A stretch of DNA of 64,000 nt from Clostridia bacterium 41_269. GTDB lineage: Bacteria > Bacillota > DTU086. This document shows positions 21,062 to 29,655 of this stretch, piece after piece. Both the position numbers and the translations under genes were made by a program. Positions within the stretch are counted from its first letter, which is position 1, and each line of letters begins with the position of its first letter. Below the pieces are notes generated by a model. It ran no database searches, was not told the DNA's origin, and was given only the letters and a program-made list of their open reading frames with translations. The stretch covers positions 10,150 to 74,149 of the forward strand of contig LGEZ01000005.1 of the NCBI GenBank assembly GCA_001508005.1. Reading direction: 5' to 3'.

Positions 21062-23653
21062 CTACTCCCATCCTTCCATCAGCACTCTGTATATCAGCAC
21101 CGCTGCTTCAGCCCTTTTTATAGCATTCTTCGGCCCAAATGTCCCATCTTCATAGCCCTTTATAAGACCGCGCTCCACTGCAGAAGCAACGGCTGTCCCT
21201 GCCCAGGGAGAAATGCTGGAAGCATCCTTAAATGAAAGAAGACCTTTTTCTTCCGTTTTTTCTCCCAATGCCCTCATCAGCATTACAGCGGCTTCTTCCC
21301 TGCTTATGCGGATGTATGGCCTAAAGGTGCCGTCTTCGTACCCTTTAATTATACCTTTTGCCGCGGACAGCATTACTGCATCATAAAACCAGCGGTCTTT
21401 TCCAACATCTTTAAATTCCCCATGGGGCAGTACTTCTATCTCACATTTTTCTTTAATTTCCAGAGCTCTCAGCAGCATTGCAGCAAATTCTGCCCTTGTG
21501 ACATCTTTACCGGGCTCAAAGTTTCCCCGTCCTGTTCCCTCAATGATACCAGCGCCACCAAGGAGCTCCACTGCATCGGAAGCCCAATTATATGCTTTTT
21601 TATCTCCCACATCACTAAAATACATCCTTTTTTCCTTTACAAATACCGCAGTACTGGATAATTCTTCAACAGCCCCAAAAACTACGCTTTGGGAAGCATC
21701 AAAAACGCAGGGCAGAGCCGTCCAGCTCTTCTTTTCCATGTCATATTGTGCCAGGACAACATCATCAGCCTTTGACAGTGGAGGAAGGAAAACTTTAAGA
21801 TAGAACACCGCTGGTGATCTGAGCTTTATACCTTCGGGTTCCAGGCAGTAAACAGGTGTAATAAGACGAAATCCCTGGGGTTCAGGATATACAGAGTCTT
21901 CTCCCACTTCCCGCACTGAAACTTCAGCTTCTTCAGCAAAGGATTTCCCTGGAACCACAAGAGCCGCCTCAAATCCGTCGGTAACAACCCCTCCCCTTTC
22001 AGGGTCCACTTTCATATTTATTTCAACAACATTCTTATCCAGCTTCCTTTTTAAAGCCAACCTCTCGTCAGCAGCGGGCATTAAATCTTCCCCTACTACG
22101 ACCACTGTTCTCCCTGCCTCTTCAATTTTCCCAAGGGTTTTTACTCTTTTTTTCAAGCCCAGCAAAGTGTACAAATTTTCGAAAGCATTTAACGCATTAT
22201 TTGAAACTTTAAGTGAAGGGGAAAGTTTTTCAACCTGTGCCGCAATTTCTTCAGAAATAACTTCCGTATTGTCGGCTTCCTCAAGCTGAAGCAGGTCCTC
22301 CCAGTCAGGACCCACAGAATCCAAACTGGTGCTGTACCACCAGATTACCTTATCTCCCTCGTCCACCTCGTAGTCCTTTGCCGATACAGAAGGAATATCA
22401 TCGTTTACCTTATACATCCAACCGCTTAAACCCTTGTTTGCCAAGCCACAAATTGAAGTAACAAAACCGTCCCACCTGCTGGACACCTCATAGGGAAGCC
22501 CCGTGGCATCGAGGGCTCCAAGGGCTGTCGCTCCCCAGGGATTGTCGGGATCAATGTCCACATAATCTGGGCCAAAAAAAATTTCGTTGTTTAAGCCCAC
22601 TACACCTACACCGACGGTAATGGCTTTTTGCTGCACTTCACCTCGGGGCTGCTGGGGCCAGTTATTATTCCCCTGGTAATCCGGCAGTAAATCTCCAAGA
22701 ATTAAATACGCATACAATGCCCAAGTGGCGTCCATTGTGTTCCTGACTTCTCCGAAGCTTCCGTCACTGTTTAAAGCATCTTCTATCATATAATCAATAG
22801 CGCTTTTGCCCTCAGAACTTTTCCACGAAGACGGGTCCCTTCCCCAAATTTTCAGGGTAACAATAACCTCAACCGTATCAATTAAAGCGTCATCCCAGGA
22901 AGAAGCCTCAAAGCTCCCGTCAGCGTTCTGTTTTCCCCGCATCCAATCAAGCCCTGCATTAACTGCCTGCTGAACGTCACTGGCGCTTTTTATATTCTCA
23001 GGCAGTGCCTTTAGTATGCGCAGAGCCTGGGCAGTAGCCATAAAATCGGGGTAAAAGGCGCTTCCCCAGCTGGCCCCCCATGAGCCGTAGCTTTCTGCCT
23101 CCTTATCCGTACATTGGCTGCTTAAAACATAACTTTTTACCTGCTCAGCATTCAAAATGCTTAAAAGCCCTGCTTGCGCCAGAGCATCAAGGGCTGCAAA
23201 GTCGCTGTATATATTTCCGTCAAAGCCCCTGTCCTCGCTCCATCTGCTGAAAAGAATACCCTTAAGCTGTGCGGACAGATCTTTGTACCCCCACTTTTCC
23301 GCCGCAAGAATGTGATGGGCTATTTCTTTAGCAGAAACCCCCTCTGGGTTTTTAACAATATCCTGGGCTTTATTTAATATCACCTGCTTTAAGGAAAGTC
23401 CTTCGTAGGTCCACTTCTGAACGGAAACATCCTCCCCAGCCAGGGTAAGCACATAGGCATCATAGGCTGATAACTTACTGCCGCTTACGTAAGCATTAAG
23501 GTTGAACTCCACAGCTTTTGAAATGAGCTGTTCATAGGTAGAAGCCGCCCCTGTACTGAAAGGGAGCCCCATTAAAACTAATAAAATGACAAGGATAAAA
23601 ACAGAAACAGATTTCAGTAAAATGGAGCCTCTAAATCTTTTTATTACCCCCAC
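21062..23653 (-). CDS. SLH-anchored surface protein: alpha/alpha-toroid (terpenoid cyclase/prenyltransferase-like) domain + DUF4430 + three C-terminal SLH repeats. I propose it is a transcobalamin/intrinsic-factor-like B12-capture protein.
   Basis: 863 aa. GTG start after AAAGGGAGG, then a signal peptide. DGSFE/DGSFGE repeat motifs. DUF4430 block GWMYKVNDDIPSVSAKDYEVDEGDKVIWWYS. Three SLH motifs (FSDVGDKKAYNW..., FKDVGKDRWFYDAV..., FKDASSISPWAGTAV...). It is the first gene after the B12 riboswitch. Confidence 0.8.
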   Translation of the reverse strand: MGVIKRFRGSILLKSVSVFILVILLVLMGLPFSTGAASTYEQLISKAVEFNLNAYVSGSKLSAYDAYVLTLAGEDVSVQKWTYEGLSLKQVILNKAQDIVKNPEGVSAKEIAHHILAAEKWGYKDLSAQLKGILFSRWSEDRGFDGNIYSDFAALDALAQAGLLSILNAEQVKSYVLSSQCTDKEAESYGSWGASWGSAFYPDFMATAQALRILKALPENIKSASDVQQAVNAGLDWMRGKQNADGSFEASSWDDALIDTVEVIVTLKIWGRDPSSWKSSEGKSAIDYMIEDALNSDGSFGEVRNTMDATWALYAYLILGDLLPDYQGNNNWPQQPRGEVQQKAITVGVGVVGLNNEIFFGPDYVDIDPDNPWGATALGALDATGLPYEVSSRWDGFVTSICGLANKGLSGWMYKVNDDIPSVSAKDYEVDEGDKVIWWYSTSLDSVGPDWEDLLQLEEADNTEVISEEIAAQVEKLSPSLKVSNNALNAFENLYTLLGLKKRVKTLGKIEEAGRTVVVVGEDLMPAADERLALKRKLDKNVVEINMKVDPERGGVVTDGFEAALVVPGKSFAEEAEVSVREVGEDSVYPEPQGFRLITPVYCLEPEGIKLRSPAVFYLKVFLPPLSKADDVVLAQYDMEKKSWTALPCVFDASQSVVFGAVEELSSTAVFVKEKRMYFSDVGDKKAYNWASDAVELLGGAGIIEGTGRGNFEPGKDVTRAEFAAMLLRALEIKEKCEIEVLPHGEFKDVGKDRWFYDAVMLSAAKGIIKGYEDGTFRPYIRISREEAAVMLMRALGEKTEEKGLLSFKDASSISPWAGTAVASAVERGLIKGYEDGTFGPKNAIKRAEAAVLIYRVLMEGWE

Positions 23654-23859
23654 AGGCAGTTTCCTCCCTTTAAATTTTTACGCCGTAAAAATTTAAAAAG
23701 GCTGCAGCTTCAAACCACCCCCTTTTTGACCATCAGGATGGGGCAGAAAGCCGACAGCCTTTTTTGAGCAGAAAATCCCCCAAACCCGAAAAAACCAATC
23801 CGCTTTTTCGGCATAAAAGCAAAAACCCTGCTCCTAAGCAAGCAGGGGCCAAGGCCTTC

Positions 23860-24040
23860 CCCATCCTGCGTAGGGAGCACCCAGCTCACAGGCAGGAACA
23901 GGTCTCCTGGCTCGGCTTCACCGCAGGCCTGCGCCTTCCCAGGCAAAAGCCCAGTGGCATAATGCAGACTGCTCCACCTTACAGTGGCGCGGACCGCGCC
24001 GGATTCTCACCGGCTTCCCTTGATACCTGCCCGTCTGTGT
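23860..24040 (-). promoter_or_regulatory. cobalamin (B12) riboswitch
   Basis: Minus-strand RNA ...AAGGGAAGCCGGUGAGAAUCCGGCGCGGUCCGCGCCACUGUAAGGUGGAGCAGUCUGCAUUAUGCCACUGGGC... carries the GGUG-AA-UCC core and the B12 box GCCACUG. It is about 200 nt upstream of the 863-aa gene start. Confidence 0.8.
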
Positions 24041-24204
24041 TTTTTTAAATTATAACCGATGGAAAAAAACGGGTCAACAGGGACCAAATGCTGACCCTTT
24101 AGCTTAGCGAGGAAATAATTAACACCCTTTTTAATATGACAGAACCTCCTTCGGCCACATATTATGTGTTTAGTATACAATATGTAATTTAAGGAGGACC
24201 TTTA

Positions 24205-25017
24205 ATGTCAATAACAATTACTGTGTTCCCTGGAAAAGACAAAGCAAATCTTAAGGAAAACTTTAAACCCATCACCTTTATCAGTGGGGAAAGTGTTTCC
24301 ATTGTGGGACCCACAGGAAGCGGCAAAACAGCTTTTATTAACGATATTGAACTCCTTGCCCAAGGGGATACCGTAACGGGCCGTACCGTTATGATCAACG
24401 GGCAGTATCCTTCAGATGAGTACCGGCACAATCCCGCCGTTAAACCCATAGTCATGATCACCCAAAATACCAAATGCTTCACCGATCTTACCGTGGAAGA
24501 GTTCATCCTTACCCATGCCAGGGCTAGAAAAAAGGAAGGGCCCAAAATAGCGGCATTAACAATAGAGATGGCTAACCTCTTTACTGGAGAAAAAATTTCC
24601 GAAAAAATGCGGGTTACATCTCTTTCAGGGGGACAGACAAGGGCCCTTATGATTGCCGACGCCATAACTGTGGGAGCTGCACCCATTATCCTGCTGGATG
24701 AAGTTGAAAATGCAGGCATTTTTAAACATAAGGTGATAGAAGTGATTAAAAATACGGATAAAATTATCATTTTCGTAACCCATGACCCCGTTATTGCCCT
24801 GCTTACGGATAAAAGAATAGTAATGAAAAATGGTGCTGTTAAGAAGGTCATCAACCAAAGCAAAAAAGAACTTTGGGCTGCCAAAGTGCTAATAGATCTT
24901 GACCAAAAAATGGGGATGATCCGCGAAGAACTGCGCCGGGGAAACATTATTTCTGAGGAAATCCTTGGAATTATAGGGCTTGAAGCCGGCGTAGTAACAA
25001 GCGCGGAGGTGGTTTAA
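24205..25017 (+). CDS. stand-alone ABC-type ATPase (no adjacent permease)
   Basis: 270 aa. Walker A GPTGSGKT, signature LSGGQ, Walker B ILLDEVENA, H-loop VTHD. Confidence 0.85.
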   Translation: MSITITVFPGKDKANLKENFKPITFISGESVSIVGPTGSGKTAFINDIELLAQGDTVTGRTVMINGQYPSDEYRHNPAVKPIVMITQNTKCFTDLTVEEFILTHARARKKEGPKIAALTIEMANLFTGEKISEKMRVTSLSGGQTRALMIADAITVGAAPIILLDEVENAGIFKHKVIEVIKNTDKIIIFVTHDPVIALLTDKRIVMKNGAVKKVINQSKKELWAAKVLIDLDQKMGMIREELRRGNIISEEILGIIGLEAGVVTSAEVV

Positions 25018-25724
25018 TGAAACTTTTAATTATTGCAGGTCCTCCCTCCTCTGGAAAAACCGCTTTGGCTAAACAGATCATAAAAAATTTAGGTTATTGC
25101 TTAAAAATTTCCTTCTTAAAGATTGATGTGGTAAAGGCCTTTGAAGATGAAGAACTTAAGAAGGAATTTAATATTGAAACTATGAAGGTGTATTCAGGGG
25201 ATCTGTGTCCCGATCATGCGGAAGTAATGGTTCTGGGAGATGCTGTTTCGTGGGCAGAAAACTTAAAATCGGACCTATTGATAGTTGAAAGCGCAGGGCT
25301 CTGCTTAAGATGTTCTCCTTACCTAAATCAGGGATTGGGAATAGTGGTACTGGACGCCATCTCCGGCATTCATGCCCCTGCAAAAATGGGACCCATGGTG
25401 AGCCTGGCAGATATAGCCGTAGTAACAAAGATCGATCTGGTTAGCCAGGCGGAAAGGGAAGTGTTCAGGCAGAAAATTTTTGAAATTAATCCTGAAATTC
25501 AGATGTTTGAGACAAATGCCCTTTACGGCACTTCCCTGCAGTTCCTCTATCGCAAAATTCTTATGTCGGACCCCATAAATCCTGAAACCCTTAAACTTAA
25601 GGGGGTTCCGCCCATAGGCACCTGCACCATATGTGTGGGGAGAAAGGAAATCGGATGGAAGCACCACTTCGGCATAGTAAAAAAACTTGATCAGTGCAGT
25701 GAATATCTCTACAGGGGGGAGTAA
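25017..25724 (+). CDS. G3E-family P-loop GTPase (HypB/UreG/MeaB-like metallochaperone)
   Basis: 235 aa. Walker A GPPSSGKT. LLIVESAGLCL...VVLDAISG...VVTKIDL parallels HypB ENVGNLVCP...VLSVTEG...VINKIDL. Start codon overlaps the stop of the ABC ATPase. Confidence 0.75.
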   Translation: MKLLIIAGPPSSGKTALAKQIIKNLGYCLKISFLKIDVVKAFEDEELKKEFNIETMKVYSGDLCPDHAEVMVLGDAVSWAENLKSDLLIVESAGLCLRCSPYLNQGLGIVVLDAISGIHAPAKMGPMVSLADIAVVTKIDLVSQAEREVFRQKIFEINPEIQMFETNALYGTSLQFLYRKILMSDPINPETLKLKGVPPIGTCTICVGRKEIGWKHHFGIVKKLDQCSEYLYRGE

Positions 25725-25726
25725 CC

Positions 25727-26386
25727 ATGGGTGAAAAAGGAATAAAATGGCTGCCTCCCGGGAAGAACTGCGGACTATGCGGGTTAAAAACCTGCAGCCT
25801 CTTTGCAGCTCTTGTTGAAGCAGGAATTAAGAACCCCAAGGACTGTCCCTATTACCTTGAAGCAAAAAGTCCCAAAGAAAAAAATCTTCCGGAATATATA
25901 GAACACGAAGCCCTTTTCCCTGAAAGAGATGTATTGGGGAAAGAATTTGATTTTATTCTCCATCCCCTGCCGGGGGAAATTTCTGCACGAAAAATCATAC
26001 TGCCCTTCAGAAGCAATCTGGTGGATACCAGGAAAATAGTTCCAGGAGATATAGTTATGGGAAGGCCCATGGGGGCGGGCTGCCCCATCCCCCATGTTCT
26101 TAAAGTTATAAAAGCTGAACCCCTAACGGGACTTCTCCATACCTGGGTAGTGGGTCCAAAATACTCTCGAGAAGGAAAAGTAAAAATTAAAGATCTTTCC
26201 GCCTACCACATGGTGGGATTTGAAGGAATTGCCCGAAATATAAAAAGGGAACCCACTTTTGGAATGAGACAGAGATTTCTTCCAGGATTCTGCATGATGA
26301 CCTTAAGCCATACGGGAATCATCAACATGATTCTTGTTAAAAAAAGCGGGCTTCACGTACGAATAGAAGATATCAGGATTATGTAG
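25727..26386 (+). CDS. protein with an N-terminal Cys4 putative [4Fe-4S] domain (CFeSP-large-subunit / RnfB N-terminal type) and an uncharacterised C-terminal domain
   Basis: 219 aa. PPGKNCGLCGLKTCSLFA...KDCPYY matches the CX2CX4C...C 'putative Fe-S cluster' domain. Sits 2 nt after the GTPase gene. Confidence 0.65.
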   Translation: MGEKGIKWLPPGKNCGLCGLKTCSLFAALVEAGIKNPKDCPYYLEAKSPKEKNLPEYIEHEALFPERDVLGKEFDFILHPLPGEISARKIILPFRSNLVDTRKIVPGDIVMGRPMGAGCPIPHVLKVIKAEPLTGLLHTWVVGPKYSREGKVKIKDLSAYHMVGFEGIARNIKREPTFGMRQRFLPGFCMMTLSHTGIINMILVKKSGLHVRIEDIRIM

Positions 26387-26861
26387 CATCTGCTTTATTT
26401 CTTCCCTTAAACCATGTAAGTTCTGTATTATCTATGGCATCAATTTCTGAAACATAGGGTTTTATGTCCACTATATAGGAACCGTCAAGGGCATCCAGCC
26501 CGCTCACATAAAGGTTGTTTCCTTCCCTACGGAGCAGTTTGGCAGTACAGAATGCTATGGGGTTGGGACGAGCAGGGGAACGGCATGCAAAAACTCCCCG
26601 GGGCTCTTCACTTCCCGGGGGGTAAGCTATCAGCCTGTCCCTATCCACCAGGTGGCACCAGTAAAGAACAATAAGATGGGAAGCACATTCCACATCCTTC
26701 AGCCCCTCAGCAAATTCAGGAAAAATTTCAAGGACAAATTCAACATCTGCTCGGTGCCTGCCCTGACGGGGAGCATCTTCCTTTCGCTTGTATGGAGAAT
26801 GAATAACTCCAATGGGATAAATTTCCAAACCAAAAACCTCCTTAAAATAGTAAAAACTCAC
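26379..26861 (-). CDS. TsaA/TrmO-family tRNA methyltransferase-like protein (UPF0066)
   Basis: 160 aa. GVIHSPY...RQG...DVECASHLIVLYWCH pattern typical of the YaeB/TrmO fold. Confidence 0.7.
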   Translation of the reverse strand: MSFYYFKEVFGLEIYPIGVIHSPYKRKEDAPRQGRHRADVEFVLEIFPEFAEGLKDVECASHLIVLYWCHLVDRDRLIAYPPGSEEPRGVFACRSPARPNPIAFCTAKLLRREGNNLYVSGLDALDGSYIVDIKPYVSEIDAIDNTELTWFKGRNKADAT

Positions 26862-27250
26862 CTTATTCCAATTACTTCATGAACCTGCCATTTATCATCA
26901 ACCCAAAGCCCTATTACATCAGCATCAAACCCCCATGATTTAACTGTTTCCACAGCAGCATGGAGATGTTTGATATGGATTTCCCTATCCACAGGATTGC
27001 CCGCACAGTCATAGTGGGCTACCACTGCAATAAGTTTTGAGAAATGCTTTGTAATGGAAATTTCGACCCTTTTTCGAATGGAATCTGCGGCAGAACTACT
27101 CCTGTTCTCTGCCAGAATTTTATCTGGACCCGGTTCCGTAATCATATCCACATAATCAACTCCGTACTTTTCCTTCAGAAAATTAATGACAGGAACCTGA
27201 ACCCTTCCGTCCATGCAGTTCACAGCAACAGCAAATTTTGCATCTTTCAT
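26858..27250 (-). CDS. small protein with beta-carbonic-anhydrase-like CxDxR / HxxC motifs (tentative)
   Basis: 130 aa. NCMDGR and HYDCAGN motifs. 4-nt overlap with the trmO-like gene. Confidence 0.35.
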   Translation of the reverse strand: MKDAKFAVAVNCMDGRVQVPVINFLKEKYGVDYVDMITEPGPDKILAENRSSSAADSIRKRVEISITKHFSKLIAVVAHYDCAGNPVDREIHIKHLHAAVETVKSWGFDADVIGLWVDDKWQVHEVIGIR

Positions 27251-27309
27251 TGGAATTCACCTACCCATCAAATTTAAAAACAGCTCACTGCCGTCTCGGC
27301 AGGAGCTTT

Positions 27310-27810
27310 CTAATCCTCTTCAATAAACTTTTTCATTTCAATACCTGCTTCTTCAGCAATCTCAAGGGCAAGTTTATCCTGATACAGCTCTCTGTAAACA
27401 ATTTTTTTTATGCCCACATTTACCAAAAGCTTCATACATAGACTGCAGGGACTGGTATTAACATAAAGGGTGCTTCCCTCTGCTCGGATGCCGAACTTTG
27501 CACACTGGGTTATGAGGTTTGCTTCTGCATGGGCACCTCGGCACAGGTGAAGATCTCTGCCGGATTCTATTTCCCTTTCCTGGCGAATGCATCCCACTTC
27601 TTCGCAGTGCTTCAATCCCGAAGGGCTGCCGTTGTATCCTGTGGCTAAAATTCTGTTGTCTAGAACCAGAACTGCCCCCACCTTCCTCCGCAGGCAGGTA
27701 GACCGAGTTGCCACCATTTCCGTTATAGCCATGAAATATTCATCCCAGCTGGGCCTTTGAGTTTTTGCACGGTCGATTTTTTTCATTAGATAAAACTCAC
27801 CTTCAGACAT
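27310..27810 (-). CDS. comEB: dCMP deaminase (ComEB-like cytidine/deoxycytidylate deaminase)
   Basis: 166 aa. Zinc motifs HAEANLI and SPCSLC. Confidence 0.85.
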   Translation of the reverse strand: MSEGEFYLMKKIDRAKTQRPSWDEYFMAITEMVATRSTCLRRKVGAVLVLDNRILATGYNGSPSGLKHCEEVGCIRQEREIESGRDLHLCRGAHAEANLITQCAKFGIRAEGSTLYVNTSPCSLCMKLLVNVGIKKIVYRELYQDKLALEIAEEAGIEMKKFIEED

Positions 27811-27862
27811 TATCTCTCAAATATACGGATTAAACGCACATTTATCCTTCTTTAATCTAAAT

Positions 27863-29107
27863 CTATTCATAAAGGGGAAATCCATCGCACAGCTCCTTAA
27901 CGATCTTACGGGCTCTGTCGAGTTTTTCCGCAGAAGCATCATAGGATAGGGTAAGATCTATAGCTTCAGCAATGCGCTCCATTTCAGGCTCCTTCATTCC
28001 CCTAGTAGTTACCGCCGGAGTTCCCAGCCTTAATCCGCTTGCTATAAAAGGCTTCTCGGGATCAAAAGGTATGGTATTTTTGTTAGCAGTAATTCCCACT
28101 TCATCCAGCCGTTCTTCAGCTTCTTTCCCGGTGAGCCCTTTATTTCTCAAATCAATGAGCATCAGATGGTTATCCGTTCCTCCAGCAACTAAATTAAAGC
28201 CCCTTTCCTTTAATGCTTCTGCCAGGGCTTTTGCATTGGCCACAATCTGTTTCTGATATTCTTTAAACTGCGGCTCAAGAGCTTCCTTTAAAGCTACTGC
28301 TTTGGCTGCAATCACATGCATCAGGGGACCGCCTTGAATGCCTGGAAAAACTGCCTTGTCCACCGTTTTTGCATACTCCTCTTTACAGAGTATAAGGCCT
28401 CCCCTTGGACCCCGCAGGGTTTTATGCGTAGTGGTTGTTACAAATTCTGCATGGGGAACAGGAGTGGGATGGAGACCTGCAGCCACAAGGCCCGCTATAT
28501 GAGCCATATCAACCATAAGATAAGCTCCCACTTCTTTAGCTATGTCCGCAAAAATGGAAAAATCTATGGTCCTTGGATAAGCGCTTGCTCCAGCAATGAT
28601 AATTTTGGGTCTGTGCTTCTTAGCAATTTCCCTTACCTGATCATAGTCAATCCTCTGGGTCTCCCTATCAACGCCGTAAAAAACCACTTTGAAATAGGAA
28701 CCGGAAAGGCTGACGGGACTTCCATGGGTAAGATGCCCTCCGTGGCTCAGATCCATACCCATGATCACATCCCCGGGCTTCAAAACAGCAAAGTAAACAG
28801 CAGTGTTAGCCTGAGCTCCAGAATGGGGCTGAACATTGGCATGATCTGCCCCAAAAAGCTCCTTTGCCCTTTCTATGGCAAGATTTTCCACAATGTCAAC
28901 ATATTCACAGCCTCCATAATATCTGCGTCCTGGATAACCTTCGGCATACTTATTCGTAAGTACAGATCCCATAGCTTCCAAGACCGCTTCGCTCACAAAA
29001 TTTTCAGAAGCTATGAGCTCAATTTTTGTTCGCTGGCGGTTGAGCTCCAGTTCTATAGCTTCTGCTACCTCAGGATCAATTTCCTTTACTTTTTCAAGAC
29101 TTCTCAT
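27863..29107 (-). CDS. glyA: serine hydroxymethyltransferase
   Basis: 414 aa. Highly conserved SHMT sequence ([14 protein letters not shown]). Confidence 0.97.
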   Translation of the reverse strand: MRSLEKVKEIDPEVAEAIELELNRQRTKIELIASENFVSEAVLEAMGSVLTNKYAEGYPGRRYYGGCEYVDIVENLAIERAKELFGADHANVQPHSGAQANTAVYFAVLKPGDVIMGMDLSHGGHLTHGSPVSLSGSYFKVVFYGVDRETQRIDYDQVREIAKKHRPKIIIAGASAYPRTIDFSIFADIAKEVGAYLMVDMAHIAGLVAAGLHPTPVPHAEFVTTTTHKTLRGPRGGLILCKEEYAKTVDKAVFPGIQGGPLMHVIAAKAVALKEALEPQFKEYQKQIVANAKALAEALKERGFNLVAGGTDNHLMLIDLRNKGLTGKEAEERLDEVGITANKNTIPFDPEKPFIASGLRLGTPAVTTRGMKEPEMERIAEAIDLTLSYDASAEKLDRARKIVKELCDGFPLYE

Positions 29108-29655
29108 TGTACACTCTCCCCTTTAATATATTGACGTTCCACATCCGTTATTTTATCAATCCTGCGCTTATGCCTTCCCCCTTCAAACTCGCTTTCAAGC
29201 CAGACTCTTAATATTTCCAAAGCTAAGCCCGGTCCCACTACCCTTTCTCCAAGGCACAGTATGTTTGCATCATTGTGCTCCCTAGACATCCGCGCAGAAA
29301 AGGTATCACTGCACACAGCAGCTCTTATCCCCGGTACCTTATTAGCCGCAATGGCCACACCGATTCCTGTCCCACAGCATAAGATACCCCTATCCACATC
29401 ACCTGAAGCCACAGCACAGGCTACTTTCAGGGCAAAATCTGGATAATCAACGGAATTGCTATCAAAAGTGCCGTAGTCTTCTACTTCTATATCCCCTCTG
29501 TCCTTTAAATAGTTCTTGATCAATTCCTTAAGGTTATACCCTCCGTGGTCGCTGCCAATTCCAATTCTCAAGGAATTCACCCTCTTAAAACCTTCGTTAT
29601 AAATTACAGCTTGCTTTTTCTTCGACAAAATCAGTTTTTTTCCTTCACGAATCAC
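29104..29655 (-). CDS. rpiB: ribose-5-phosphate isomerase B
   Basis: [10 protein letters not shown] motif. The annotated ORF probably carries an N-terminal over-extension and the true start is likely near 29580. Confidence 0.9.
   Translation of the reverse strand: MIREGKKLILSKKKQAVIYNEGFKRVNSLRIGIGSDHGGYNLKELIKNYLKDRGDIEVEDYGTFDSNSVDYPDFALKVACAVASGDVDRGILCCGTGIGVAIAANKVPGIRAAVCSDTFSARMSREHNDANILCLGERVVGPGLALEILRVWLESEFEGGRHKRRIDKITDVERQYIKGESVQ

Noticed and set aside
23710-24048. ORFs 23710-23946 (-) and 23764-24048 (+)
   Set aside because: They overlap the cobalamin riboswitch and its expression platform. GC-rich structured RNA commonly yields spurious open frames, and neither has an RBS.
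24189-24947. 252-aa minus-strand ORF
   Set aside because: It is the antisense shadow of the ABC ATPase gene (24205-25017), which has clear Walker A/B and signature motifs.
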